In this document: piece after piece, positions 9,872 through 19,165 of the stretch | Layout of the letters: each line of letters begins with the position of its first letter | Position numbering within the stretch: position 1 is the first letter of the stretch | Assembly (NCBI GenBank): GCA_963749915.1 | Contig: CAVVOP010000005.1 | Coordinates: 224,001-288,000 of the forward strand | Length of the DNA: 64,000 nucleotides | Direction: 5' to 3' | Origin: an uncultured cyanobacterium | GTDB lineage: Bacteria > Cyanobacteriota > Cyanobacteriia > Cyanobacteriales > Cyanobacteriaceae | The notes under the pieces: model-generated | Databases searched by the model: none | What the model saw: only the letters and a program-made list of their open reading frames with translations | Told to the model about the DNA's origin: nothing | Made by a program: the position numbers and the translations under genes

Positions 9872-10753
9872 CTAGTGTTTATCATGAAATCTGATTCCCA
9901 AAAACAGATCATACACGAAACTCCAAAAATTTTTGCCTTTCAATAAATCCAAAGATTGATCGCAACCCTTCGCATCTAACAGTGGTTTAGTGGCATAATA
10001 GGCTGGTTGATATTTATACCAGGGAATAGAAGGCCATAGATGATGTACTAAATGATAATTTTGTCCTAAGATAAGAATGTTTAAAACTGCACCCGGATAA
10101 ACCCTAGCATTTTTCCAGCGATCGCGATCTTTAAAAGGGCGATGGGGTAAATAATCAAAAAATAAACCTAAAGCAATACCTACTACTAAAGCAGGAACAA
10201 ACCAAAAATTCATGACGTAACCGATAAAACCGTAATGAATACCTAAGAAAATCACAGTAAAGAGGAATAAACGACTCAGAAACCACTCTAAAAGCTCATA
10301 TTTACGCCATAATTTTCTTTTAAAGAAAAAAATCTCATGATAGAAAAACCTAGCGGCAATCATCCATAAAGGTCCTCCGGTGGAAACAAAATGATCAGGA
10401 TCATTATCAGGATCATTAACATGGGCGTGATGTTGCAAATGCACTCTGGTAAAAACGGGAAATGCAAAACCTAACATTAAAGCACTACCATGACCAAGAA
10501 TAGAATTGACGAGACGATCGCTATGGGCACTATTATGAGAAGCATCATGGATGACAGTACCAGACATATGCAAAGCTAAAACGTTAGCAGTAAAGCAAAT
10601 CCAATCTCCCCAACCCCATAAAAAATAACCGCAGGTAGATATAGTAATTAATAAAATGGCGGCAATAAACATTAACACATTAGGATTAAATCCCCCCGGT
10701 GCTTTTAGATACTCCCTTGGTACAGATGTCAATACAGGTAAAACCGACTGCAT
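9872..10753 (-). CDS. crtR: Beta-carotene hydroxylase
   Basis: His boxes HDASH, RVHLQHH, HLVHH; N-terminal VPREYLKAPGGFNPN typical of CrtR. Confidence 0.93.
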   Translation of the reverse strand: MQSVLPVLTSVPREYLKAPGGFNPNVLMFIAAILLITISTCGYFLWGWGDWICFTANVLALHMSGTVIHDASHNSAHSDRLVNSILGHGSALMLGFAFPVFTRVHLQHHAHVNDPDNDPDHFVSTGGPLWMIAARFFYHEIFFFKRKLWRKYELLEWFLSRLFLFTVIFLGIHYGFIGYVMNFWFVPALVVGIALGLFFDYLPHRPFKDRDRWKNARVYPGAVLNILILGQNYHLVHHLWPSIPWYKYQPAYYATKPLLDAKGCDQSLDLLKGKNFWSFVYDLFLGIRFHDKH

Positions 10754-10819
10754 TGCTTTTGTTCGCTCCTTCCTTTAAATAAATTATTTTCTTGTGGTAG
10801 TTTACAATATTTTGCTCTT

Positions 10820-10837
10820 GAGGTAAAGTTTTGTAAA
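10820..10837 (-). promoter_or_regulatory. HLR1-like (RpaB-binding) imperfect direct repeat in the crtR/rpaB divergent intergenic region
   Basis: Minus strand TTTACAAA-ac-TTTACCTC versus consensus (G/T)TTACA(T/A)(T/A)-N2 repeat. Confidence 0.4.
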
Positions 10838-10954
10838 CGTTATCTTCATGTAAATAGTTAATGGTGCATGGTTCATAATAGGTGGGATAGTTTCAAATTG
10901 GGATACACTAGATTTTATTAATGTATAATAATGCACTTATAGGGGAAAAAAAAA

Positions 10955-11701
10955 TTGGAAATTCATAAAGAAAAAATCTTAGTGGTAGATGATGAGGCAA
11001 GTATTCGCCGTATTTTAGAAACTCGTTTATCCATGATTGGTTATGATGTTGTCACCGCAGCGGACGGGGAAGAGGCTATAAAAACTTTTCATACCACTCA
11101 ACCGGATTTAGTGGTATTAGACGTGATGATGCCTAAATTAGACGGTTATGGAGTCTGTCAAGAATTACGCAAGGAATCTGATATACCGATCATTATGCTG
11201 ACCGCTTTAGGAGATGTTGCCGATCGCATTACGGGCTTGGAATTAGGTGCAGATGATTACGTGGTTAAACCCTTTTCTCCCAAGGAATTAGAAGCACGTA
11301 TTCGCTCAGTATTAAGAAGAATTGATAAAACGGGAATGGCAGGAATCCCCAGTTCGGGGGTAATCTCCCTTAATGCCATTAGAATCGATACCAATAAACG
11401 TCAAGTCTATAAAGGCGATCAACGTATTCGTTTGACCGGCATGGAATTTAGTCTCTTAGAATTACTTGTAAGTAAGTCTGGTGAACCATTTTCTCGATCA
11501 GAAATTCTACAAGAAGTATGGGGCTATACTCCTGAGCGTCACGTCGATACTAGAGTCGTCGATGTTCACGTATCTCGTTTAAGGGCAAAATTAGAAGAAG
11601 ATCCCAGTAATCCTGAGTTAATTTTGACGGCTAGGGGCACAGGTTACTTATTTCAAAGAATTTTAGAACCCGGAGAAAAAAGAAGTAATATTATTAATTA
11701 A
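10955..11701 (+). CDS. rpaB: OmpR-family response regulator RpaB (Ycf27)
   Basis: EKILVVDDEASIRRILETRLSMIGY, WGYTPERHVDTRVVDVH; TTG start. Confidence 0.95.
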   Translation: MEIHKEKILVVDDEASIRRILETRLSMIGYDVVTAADGEEAIKTFHTTQPDLVVLDVMMPKLDGYGVCQELRKESDIPIIMLTALGDVADRITGLELGADDYVVKPFSPKELEARIRSVLRRIDKTGMAGIPSSGVISLNAIRIDTNKRQVYKGDQRIRLTGMEFSLLELLVSKSGEPFSRSEILQEVWGYTPERHVDTRVVDVHVSRLRAKLEEDPSNPELILTARGTGYLFQRILEPGEKRSNIIN

Positions 11702-11724
11702 TAATTGATAATTGACCTAAAAAA

Positions 11725-12381
11725 ATGGCTCAAAAAGAACAAAATCAATTCATTAAAAATTTACCCCTAATTTCTGGAATTTTAGGCGGTTTTTTACTGA
11801 TGATCAATCGTCTAACCAGTCCCACGGTGTTGGATTCTCAAGCTCGTTCTGATGCTTTGGGAGTGATTCTTTGTGCTATGTTATTATTGGTTAGTATTTT
11901 ACTGGGACAAATCGAATCCGTACCTCCTGAAAGCGTTACTTTGATAGGTGAGGAGGGTATGGAATTTGCTGATAATTTGCCGAAAAATATTACCACAGAA
12001 TTAGCATGGGCAAGTCATCTTATTCTCCATAATACTGTTACTAAATCCATCGTTATTTATTATCAAAATAAAATCTTATTACGGAGGGGGATTTTAGGCA
12101 ATTCTAACACCGTTAAGCAGGGCTCAATTTTGCAAAGAGTGATGGCAACACAAAAACCCGTGTATTTAGTAGACTTAAAACACTATCCAGGAAAGATTGA
12201 GTTTGACTATTTACCTGAGAATATCCAAGGATTAATGTGTTTACCATTAAATGATCGGGGTGCTTTAATGATAGCCACTAATATCCCCCGCAGCTACACT
12301 AAACAAGATGAATTTTGGATTCAAGGCATTGCGGAAAAAATAGCTTTAACGTTAAAGCTTGGTTGCCTTCCTCAACCATAA
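11725..12381 (+). CDS. Cofactor assembly of complex C subunit B (CCB2/CCB4-like, DUF2930)
   Basis: SQARSDALG, ELAWASH, YPGKIEFDYLPEN motifs; two N-terminal TMs plus a GAF-like part; follows rpaB. Confidence 0.75.
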   Translation: MAQKEQNQFIKNLPLISGILGGFLLMINRLTSPTVLDSQARSDALGVILCAMLLLVSILLGQIESVPPESVTLIGEEGMEFADNLPKNITTELAWASHLILHNTVTKSIVIYYQNKILLRRGILGNSNTVKQGSILQRVMATQKPVYLVDLKHYPGKIEFDYLPENIQGLMCLPLNDRGALMIATNIPRSYTKQDEFWIQGIAEKIALTLKLGCLPQP

Positions 12382-12513
12382 AAAAAGGGCGATCGCATTA
12401 TTGCTGATTCTCTTCAATGTCAATATTTATACCTTTTTTGTTTAAAAACTTTTTCTTTACAGTTTGAAGTGCGGAATGTGGGTTAGAATGGACGAAAAAA
12501 TCTTAGTCACAAG

Positions 12514-13626
12514 ATGGTCTTTTTACATTCTCAATTTCTCCATCCTTTAATTCCTCAGGGTCAAAACTCCCAGGCGAATCAGAAGCTGGGAGAAGAAATT
12601 AGTCAAACTCGTCAACAATACTTTGGTCTTTTAAAACAGGAGATTGAAGCCCTTACAGCTCAAAATTCAACTAAGACTCACCAATTACGCAAACAACTGG
12701 ATGCTATACCGACGATTCAAGAGGCTAATAAACAGCGTAGTAAACTACAAGATAAAATGTGGTCCTATACTCAAGCAACCATAGATAACGATCGCAATCG
12801 TCTGATGCAAGCCTATGAAAAATATACTCAGGGGCTAAGTCAATTAGAACTTAATCCAGATTTATTGATTCCTATTCATCAAAGAAAAGTTGAAATCCAC
12901 AGAATGCCCGGTGGTTATCTGAAAAACCAAGGAAAGGGAGATTTTTGGACTGGCGTACTATATGATCATGGAGTCTTCCTTTATGGAAGGGGTTGGTTAG
13001 GTCCTCTTAATGATGAGTTTGGTCACACAATTATCGAACAAGTTTTAAAATCTCACTACCCCCAATTTAATCCCCAACAAATTTTAGATATGGGCTGTTC
13101 TGTTGGTCATAGTACTCTTCCCTACAGCCAAGCTTACCCCACTGCTCAAGTATGGGGTATTGATTTAGGGGCTTCTCTATTACGTTATGCTACTGCTAGA
13201 GCTAATGCACTGGGACAAAAGGTCTATTTTGCCCAACAAAATGCCGAACAAACTGACTTTTCAGACCAGAGTTTTGACCTAATCGTTAGTCATATTCTCA
13301 TGCACGAAGTCCCTAATGTGGCTAAACAACGTATCTTTAAGGAAAGTTATCGTTTGCTCAAAACTGGGGGGATAATGGTGCATTTAGATAGTTTGCTATT
13401 TCTGTCTCCCTTTAGTCCAGTAGCCCTTTATTTTCGAGATACAGAAGCTTATTACAATTCTGAACCCTTTGTAGGTTGTGCTAATTTAGAAGACTTAGCT
13501 AGCTTCGCCCTAGAAGCGGGTTTTGCCCCCGAAAATTGTCAGCAATATCAGGTTTCTGGCTACTATAGTGAGAAAAAGGGTTCAACCGAGCCGAAATGGT
13601 TAGCCTTCTGCGGAGTTAAAAGTTAA
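12514..13626 (+). CDS. Class I SAM-dependent methyltransferase
   Basis: ILDMGCSVGHST, GIDLG, SFDLIVSHILMHE, RLLKTGG. Confidence 0.85.
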   Translation: MVFLHSQFLHPLIPQGQNSQANQKLGEEISQTRQQYFGLLKQEIEALTAQNSTKTHQLRKQLDAIPTIQEANKQRSKLQDKMWSYTQATIDNDRNRLMQAYEKYTQGLSQLELNPDLLIPIHQRKVEIHRMPGGYLKNQGKGDFWTGVLYDHGVFLYGRGWLGPLNDEFGHTIIEQVLKSHYPQFNPQQILDMGCSVGHSTLPYSQAYPTAQVWGIDLGASLLRYATARANALGQKVYFAQQNAEQTDFSDQSFDLIVSHILMHEVPNVAKQRIFKESYRLLKTGGIMVHLDSLLFLSPFSPVALYFRDTEAYYNSEPFVGCANLEDLASFALEAGFAPENCQQYQVSGYYSEKKGSTEPKWLAFCGVKS

Positions 13627-13675
13627 TTAATTTTAGAGTTTTGTCTCCTTCTCAAAAATAGTTATATAACTGTAG

Positions 13676-14260
13676 TTGATTTTGCTTTTGCTCATGAAAA
13701 CACAAGACAAGATTTACTGGAACAAGCTGGCGGAAATCGAAGAACTAAAAGAGTTTTTTGAAGAGGATTTCCCAGGATTTAAAAAGCTCATAGAAGATAA
13801 CATTGGCGAGTTTGAAAAATTTTCTGATGAAGCCCTAGATAAATTTGCCAAATTACGAGTATTAGAAACAACCAACGGTTGCACTCAATGGGCATTTCGT
13901 CGCGGCGATCAAGAATGTTTATCTGTAGAACAGACTCGCGAATGTATGAACCTAGTTATGGGTTTTATGAAACGAGCTGAACTGTATTTCCCCAGTGAAG
14001 GTCTAATTGAATTTGACGACGAGGAAAAAATGTTTATGCGAGCAGTGCAATCTCTTTACACAGATGCATTTAAAAACAATATTAAAGAGTTCAAAAGAAA
14101 ATACTACGCAGCATCCACAGCTCAATTTATTGTTTTTGGGCATGAACGAATGCAACAAGCTATGGCATTAATCAAACAAGATTATGAAACTCTATTTTCA
14201 TCTCATTATATTGAACGGGGACAAAAATATATTGCCCGCTATTTAAAGGGATTTAAATAG
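13676..14260 (+). CDS. Hypothetical protein
   Basis: 194-aa ORF; likely ATG start at 13694; no recognised motif. Confidence 0.6.
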   Translation: MILLLLMKTQDKIYWNKLAEIEELKEFFEEDFPGFKKLIEDNIGEFEKFSDEALDKFAKLRVLETTNGCTQWAFRRGDQECLSVEQTRECMNLVMGFMKRAELYFPSEGLIEFDDEEKMFMRAVQSLYTDAFKNNIKEFKRKYYAASTAQFIVFGHERMQQAMALIKQDYETLFSSHYIERGQKYIARYLKGFK

Positions 14261-14454
14261 ATTTTCACCCATACCCATAAAGTTTTCCATGGAAAAACTG
14301 ATTACCGGAGGAATGGTAAATACAGTAATCAAACTACTCACAGCTGTAACTTCAAAACATCAAAAAACATTAGAATTTGCTGTTATTCTACCTTATTACT
14401 CTAATTAACATATCTCACAGTTTTTTGTTGCACTATCGACAGGATAACAGAACC

Positions 14455-14766
14455 TTAAACCTGGGGAAACTTTCTGACTTGATATTCTAAACTCTCTATC
14501 ATTTGGTACTTTTTCCCTTGCATCTTTTGAGCAAATTGTTTTTCGATTATATTTAGCTCTTCTTGAGAAATATTTTTCCATTCCTCACGAGTTTGCCAAC
14601 GAATGAACATAATAACTTCATCCATTCGGTCAGGATTAAGCCAAACCTCTTTTCCTAAAAATCCTGGGCGAGTTTTCAGTTTATTAGTCCAAATTTGTTG
14701 ATCTATTTCCAGAAATTCTTCTCTTAAATCGGGAGATACTCTAAATTTTAACCATTCAATAATCAT
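14455..14766 (-). CDS. TIGR03792-like / ABM-fold (dimeric alpha-beta barrel) protein
   Basis: MIIEWLKFRV...PGFLGKEVWL...IRWQTREEWK. Confidence 0.75.
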   Translation of the reverse strand: MIIEWLKFRVSPDLREEFLEIDQQIWTNKLKTRPGFLGKEVWLNPDRMDEVIMFIRWQTREEWKNISQEELNIIEKQFAQKMQGKKYQMIESLEYQVRKFPQV

Positions 14767-14837
14767 ATTACAGTTCTTACTTTATTATCTAGCTCTATTC
14801 TTAAGTGTAACGGCTGGATTCTCTCTCGCCCATTAAA

Positions 14838-15614
14838 TTATTTTCCTCTTTGCCTCGCCTCGGTGGTTCTGCGGGTACTGATAATGAGCACCAGGAGTCC
14901 TGCCAGTAACCCAGCCATAATAGCAAGAGTGGGATTTTCCCCCTGCCGGAAGGCGATGGCAACTAAAGCCCAAACAAACACGCCTCCAAAAATACCATCC
15001 CCACGTTGCCAGGTGACTATTACAGCTATAATCGTGCCCAACACCATCATGATAACCGTCCAAACTAGAGGGCTAATTCCCCAACCACTCCAATCTGCTG
15101 CCTCCAGGGCGGAAGCGATGTTGACAATAGTGGCGACGCTAATCCAGGCGAAATAGATGCTGATGGGAAAATTAATCAACCATCTTTGCGGGGAGGGAAC
15201 GTTTGTTAGGTTAATGCCTAAACGCAGGTAGAGGAGAATTAAAGGGACTAAAATTCCGACCATCGCTATAACCGACAGAGCAAATAATTGAGATTGAAAG
15301 AGAAACACCCAGATAATTTGGCTAAAACTGCTGATGGCTAGATAGTAACCCATCTGGTGCAGGCGAGGATTATTGCCTTGAGTTGGCAAAACTTGGTAAA
15401 TAGCCAAACTAATTAATCCTAAATAAATGAGTCCCCAAATAGCAAAGGCATAGTTGGCGGGAATGATCAGTACATTGGGGAAAAAGGTGGTCGAAATTTC
15501 ACCAATTGTCAGTCCATTCAAAGGGGCAACATTAGCCCAGACATTGATGCCAAAAGCAGCTAGAATAGCTAGGAAATTAACCCATTGTCTCAGTCCATCT
15601 TGATTAACTTTCAT
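14838..15614 (-). CDS. TspO/MBR-related tryptophan-rich membrane protein
   Basis: IIPANYAFAIWGLIY, PISIYFAWISVATIVN; multiple TMs. Confidence 0.75.
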   Translation of the reverse strand: MKVNQDGLRQWVNFLAILAAFGINVWANVAPLNGLTIGEISTTFFPNVLIIPANYAFAIWGLIYLGLISLAIYQVLPTQGNNPRLHQMGYYLAISSFSQIIWVFLFQSQLFALSVIAMVGILVPLILLYLRLGINLTNVPSPQRWLINFPISIYFAWISVATIVNIASALEAADWSGWGISPLVWTVIMMVLGTIIAVIVTWQRGDGIFGGVFVWALVAIAFRQGENPTLAIMAGLLAGLLVLIISTRRTTEARQRGK

Positions 15615-15647
15615 GATTTTTTCTAACTCCAGTGAGAGAAATGTTCT

Positions 15648-17096
15648 TTAAATAAACACTTCAGACGTCCAACTGCCATGAAATCCATAGGGAACATGAT
15701 GATTTAAGTGTAATTTAGCGACAACCCTATTAATATTTTCTGCATCTAAAATAACTAAATAAGATCGATGTTTAGAAGCATCATAAACTAAAGAAAGCAG
15801 CCAACCTTGATCTTCTTCATTATTATTATTTTGAGATGGCACAAATATTGGTTCCCCAGCAAATGCTGTTTCTGAAGGATTCCAAACTTGTGTTTTATTT
15901 GATTGAAGATCGAGTTTAATTATATTTTGTAAAGGACCACCACCATCACAAGAATCAGTTACATTCATGTAAAGATAACGATTTTCTTTTCCTACCCAAT
16001 TAGGATTGAGAGAGGGAAATTCACAACCTCTATGATCTAATTTTTTTCTAGTAACAGTTTTTGATTCTAAAGAAACTTGGAATTGATAAATATTACTGGT
16101 GGGAAACTTATCATATTCGATTTTACTCATATCCCCATGGTTCTCTGTAACTTGTGGGAAAAATTCGGAACAGCATGACTGGAAATAAATAGATCCATCT
16201 TTTTCCCAAGCATTACCATGATGAAAACCGAAAAAAGAATCGCTTTCAAGTACAGTTAATTCATTATCTTCATGACGAGAAATGAGAATGATTTTGGCTG
16301 GTTTTGTCGAATCAAAATTAAAACATTGTTCAATGGTTTTAAACCCGAGTAAAAATGGTAGAACCTTCACTTCAAAGGGATGTTGAATAAATATGTAATA
16401 GTTCGGAGTGACTAACATATCATGGAAAAAAGCAAACCCCTCCAGAGGATAAGATTTTTCTTGAACTTTATTGCCTTGTTTATCCAATTCCCAAATAATC
16501 AATTCTTGGTTGGTAATACCTTGAACACCAAAATTAATCAAAGTGTTACCTATGATTTTAGGATGAGCAGAGAAAGATTTCCTGGGTTCTAATAAACCGT
16601 TTAAACTATCCAATCCCATTGTTGCTAAGGTCTTTGGATTTAGTTGGTGGGGCTTCCCTCCTTCCCACATTGCCAGTAATTTCTTACCCCAGTATAAAAC
16701 ATTTGTATTAGCAGCATTTTTGAATTTGGTATCAAATATATTTGCTAACCATCCACCAGGTTTTTGTGTTCCAAAGCCTCTATAAAGAATTTTGCTTGCT
16801 TTTTTTTCTTTGAGATAGCCTTCTGTCTGAACATAGCGATTTTGAAAATGAGCTTTTCCTTGGGATAATGTAATTTGACAAATCATGCCATCACCATCGA
16901 ATATGTGTCCAAATTTTTGCCCATTTACTTCAAATTGTCCTGGTCCATTTCTGAAAAGTGTACCTTCTAGTTCATCAGGAATAATTCCTTCTATATGGTC
17001 GAGCCAATATCGATATTCTTTTACCTGGGATTGATAGCCTTTGGCCCAATTTTCAATTAATGTTTTTTTTCTTGTTGTCGTTTGATCAATAATCAT
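15648..17096 (-). CDS. Carotenoid cleavage dioxygenase (RPE65/ACO family)
   Basis: GTLFRNGPG, HIFDGDGM, FSAHPK, FFHDM, FHHGNAWE, GEPIFVP, HVPYGFHGSW (four Fe-binding His). Confidence 0.92.
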   Translation of the reverse strand: MIIDQTTTRKKTLIENWAKGYQSQVKEYRYWLDHIEGIIPDELEGTLFRNGPGQFEVNGQKFGHIFDGDGMICQITLSQGKAHFQNRYVQTEGYLKEKKASKILYRGFGTQKPGGWLANIFDTKFKNAANTNVLYWGKKLLAMWEGGKPHQLNPKTLATMGLDSLNGLLEPRKSFSAHPKIIGNTLINFGVQGITNQELIIWELDKQGNKVQEKSYPLEGFAFFHDMLVTPNYYIFIQHPFEVKVLPFLLGFKTIEQCFNFDSTKPAKIILISRHEDNELTVLESDSFFGFHHGNAWEKDGSIYFQSCCSEFFPQVTENHGDMSKIEYDKFPTSNIYQFQVSLESKTVTRKKLDHRGCEFPSLNPNWVGKENRYLYMNVTDSCDGGGPLQNIIKLDLQSNKTQVWNPSETAFAGEPIFVPSQNNNNEEDQGWLLSLVYDASKHRSYLVILDAENINRVVAKLHLNHHVPYGFHGSWTSEVFI

Positions 17097-17689
17097 TATT
17101 TACGTGTCATCATTTTTAATAGGGTACTTAAAGCCTTATTTTCTTGAGGATTTACTTGATGATCTAACCAGGCTATTTTTACCGCTAGTGGAAATACTTG
17201 TGCCGCCACATCAGGATTAAGTTTTTGAATAAATTCCACCGATTGAGGAACTTTTAAAGCAGAGTGAATACCCTCTAAAAGGTATTCATCTAGCTCAAGA
17301 GAAATTAGTTGTGGTTTTACCGCTTCCCAACTTACTTTTTCTTCTGAGTGTCCGACTTGTATTAAGTAAGCGAGAAGTCTTATTATTTGTAACTGTTGGT
17401 GCCACTCCATTTGCTCAACCTTCTCTGCCTCAAGATTACTCTTGCGTTCCGAGTGAAGTTTATGAAGAACTTGTTGCCAGTCGGAGACGTTACAGCTATT
17501 TGGCTTTCCCACTCTCAAAGAGACACTTATTGTGTCCTTATCAGATTTAAGATTATTGACTTGAGCACGAATGCCCAAGTAGCCTAACCATTTGACTATG
17601 GTGTCAGTCAAAGTAACTTGTGTTGCTTGAGAATTTGCTAATAATTTAACTTGAGTTTGTACTAAAGGACGAACTATTTGAGATAGCAT
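17096..17689 (-). CDS. Hypothetical protein, possible TerB-like C-terminus; translationally coupled to the carotenoid oxygenase
   Basis: LAVKIAWLDHQVNPQENKAL resembles the TerB LA..IA.AD..V...E motif; stop/start overlap at 17096. Confidence 0.65.
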   Translation of the reverse strand: MLSQIVRPLVQTQVKLLANSQATQVTLTDTIVKWLGYLGIRAQVNNLKSDKDTISVSLRVGKPNSCNVSDWQQVLHKLHSERKSNLEAEKVEQMEWHQQLQIIRLLAYLIQVGHSEEKVSWEAVKPQLISLELDEYLLEGIHSALKVPQSVEFIQKLNPDVAAQVFPLAVKIAWLDHQVNPQENKALSTLLKMMTRK

Positions 17690-17766
17690 ATATGCCTCGC
17701 GATGGTGATTGACGATTTAGTCAGCTTCAGAAATTTAAAATACTTATGAATCAATGCTAAAATATC

Positions 17767-17931
17767 TTAGTAGTCGCTATCAGCTACGCAAATCCCTTTA
17801 CACTTAATCCCGTTATTTGCTGTGCGTCGGCAGTGTGGACACAGTATCTTCTCGTCCTTTTCTCCTCGACACAATTGTTGACGGGTGAGTGCTTCTTGAT
17901 AATCTTGATTACTCCGGGGTGTAAATGTCAT
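17767..17931 (-). CDS. Small Cys-rich protein, 54 aa (CxxC-x9-CxxxC); not in ORF track
   Basis: Manual translation MTFTPRSNQDYQEALTRQQLCRGEKDEKILCPHCRRTANNGIKCKGICVADSDY*. Confidence 0.65.
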   Translation of the reverse strand: MTFTPRSNQDYQEALTRQQLCRGEKDEKILCPHCRRTANNGIKCKGICVADSDY

Positions 17932-17949
17932 GATTTATAGTTGGAAAAT

Positions 17950-17973
17950 GCCCAAGAAACGTTGGTCTTGGGC
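17950..17973 (-). terminator. 8-bp GC-rich hairpin between the hli gene and the small Cys ORF (possible terminator or stabiliser)
   Basis: GCCCAAGA-N8-TCTTGGGC, followed by ATTTT on the minus strand. Confidence 0.45.
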
Positions 17974-18059
17974 TGGAAATAAGGTCAAAACAATTCGCAC
18001 ATTATCAATTAAAAATTCAAAATTTTGGTCAATTTTAATGAATAATTAATACAAATTAA

Positions 18060-18203
18060 TTACATTAAACCTAACTGAGAAAGGATTCCTTGACCAGTTA
18101 CATACTCAGTTACTAAGCCAATAACAAAACCTAGCATCGCTAAGCGACCATTCCAAGTTTCTGCGAATTTACTAAAACCAAATTTAGATTGTTGATTTTC
18201 CAT
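18060..18203 (-). CDS. hliC: High-light-inducible protein (HliC/ScpB-like), 47 aa; not in ORF track
   Basis: MENQQSKFGFSKFAETWNGRLAMLGFVIGLVTEYVTGQGILSQLGLM*; ExxNGRLAM chlorophyll-binding motif; AAGAGG SD upstream; exact hli paralog uncertain. Confidence 0.92.
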   Translation of the reverse strand: MENQQSKFGFSKFAETWNGRLAMLGFVIGLVTEYVTGQGILSQLGLM

Positions 18204-18249
18204 GATGACGAACCTCTTTTAATTTTTATGACTATGTGAAGATGTATTA

Positions 18250-18273
18250 AGTCTAATTGTATATTTTTATAAC
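18250..18273 (-). promoter_or_regulatory. hli promoter: HLR1-like repeat abutting the -10 element
   Basis: Minus strand GTTATAAA-aa-TATACAAT immediately followed by TAGACT. Confidence 0.55.
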
Positions 18274-18406
18274 AATAACTTGACAGGTGTAGATGAGTAG
18301 AAATATCCGAACTGGATTAGCTTAAATGTTTTGCACCATGGTTAAATATAAAGAAGAAACAAATTATGATGGTGGGAGTCTCAACACTGTGATTCCAAAT
18401 TGATCT

Positions 18407-19165
18407 CTAGCCCAACAACTCTTCCGACGAGTCATGGTCATGATGCTGTGAATCCTGTTCAGTTTCAGCCAATAAAACTCGGGCTACATCTGGAAAATGC
18501 TGCCGCATACAGGAATCGCATACCCCATGAGAAAACTCAACATTGGAATATCGTTTTATAAACTTCTCGACTGTTGACCAATAGCCTTTATCGTTACGAA
18601 TACCTTTGCAATACGAGCAAATGGGGATGAGTCCTTCCATCAATTTGATCTTATCTAAAGCATTTGCCAGCCGAGCCGAAGTTCGCTTCAATTCCAACTG
18701 CATAACAACTTGGCGAGCCAGTGCTTCTAGGGTTTTGATTTGATACTCCGATAATTCTCGAGGTTGATGGTCAATAACACAGAGTGTTCCAATCAGATGA
18801 CCATCAGGAGTACGCAAGGGAACGCCTGCATAGAAGCGGATCTTTGGAGCATAGGTCACAAGCGGATTATCATTAAAGCGCTCATCACAAAGCGCATCGT
18901 TAACAATCATGATGCTTTCGCTCAAGATTGCATGTGCACAGAATGAGACATCACGACTGGTTTCGTCAACATTGAGACCCACTTTAGACTTAAACCATTG
19001 ACGGTCTGAATCAACCAGGCTGATAAGGGCAATGGGCACGCTGCAGATAAAGGCAGCAAGTCCAGTAATATCGTCGTAAGCTTGCTCAAAAGGGGTGTCT
19101 AGAATTCTATATTGCCTCAGCGCTTCAAGCCTAGCAGCCTCTAGTTTAGGGACGTTAGCTTCCAT
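18407..19165 (-). CDS. GAF-domain protein with C-terminal Cys/His motif and no kinase domain
   Basis: RLEALRQYRILDT...RFYAGVPL...IGTLCVID GAF domain; C-terminal ICSYCK...FSHGVCDSC. Confidence 0.85.
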   Translation of the reverse strand: MEANVPKLEAARLEALRQYRILDTPFEQAYDDITGLAAFICSVPIALISLVDSDRQWFKSKVGLNVDETSRDVSFCAHAILSESIMIVNDALCDERFNDNPLVTYAPKIRFYAGVPLRTPDGHLIGTLCVIDHQPRELSEYQIKTLEALARQVVMQLELKRTSARLANALDKIKLMEGLIPICSYCKGIRNDKGYWSTVEKFIKRYSNVEFSHGVCDSCMRQHFPDVARVLLAETEQDSQHHDHDSSEELLG

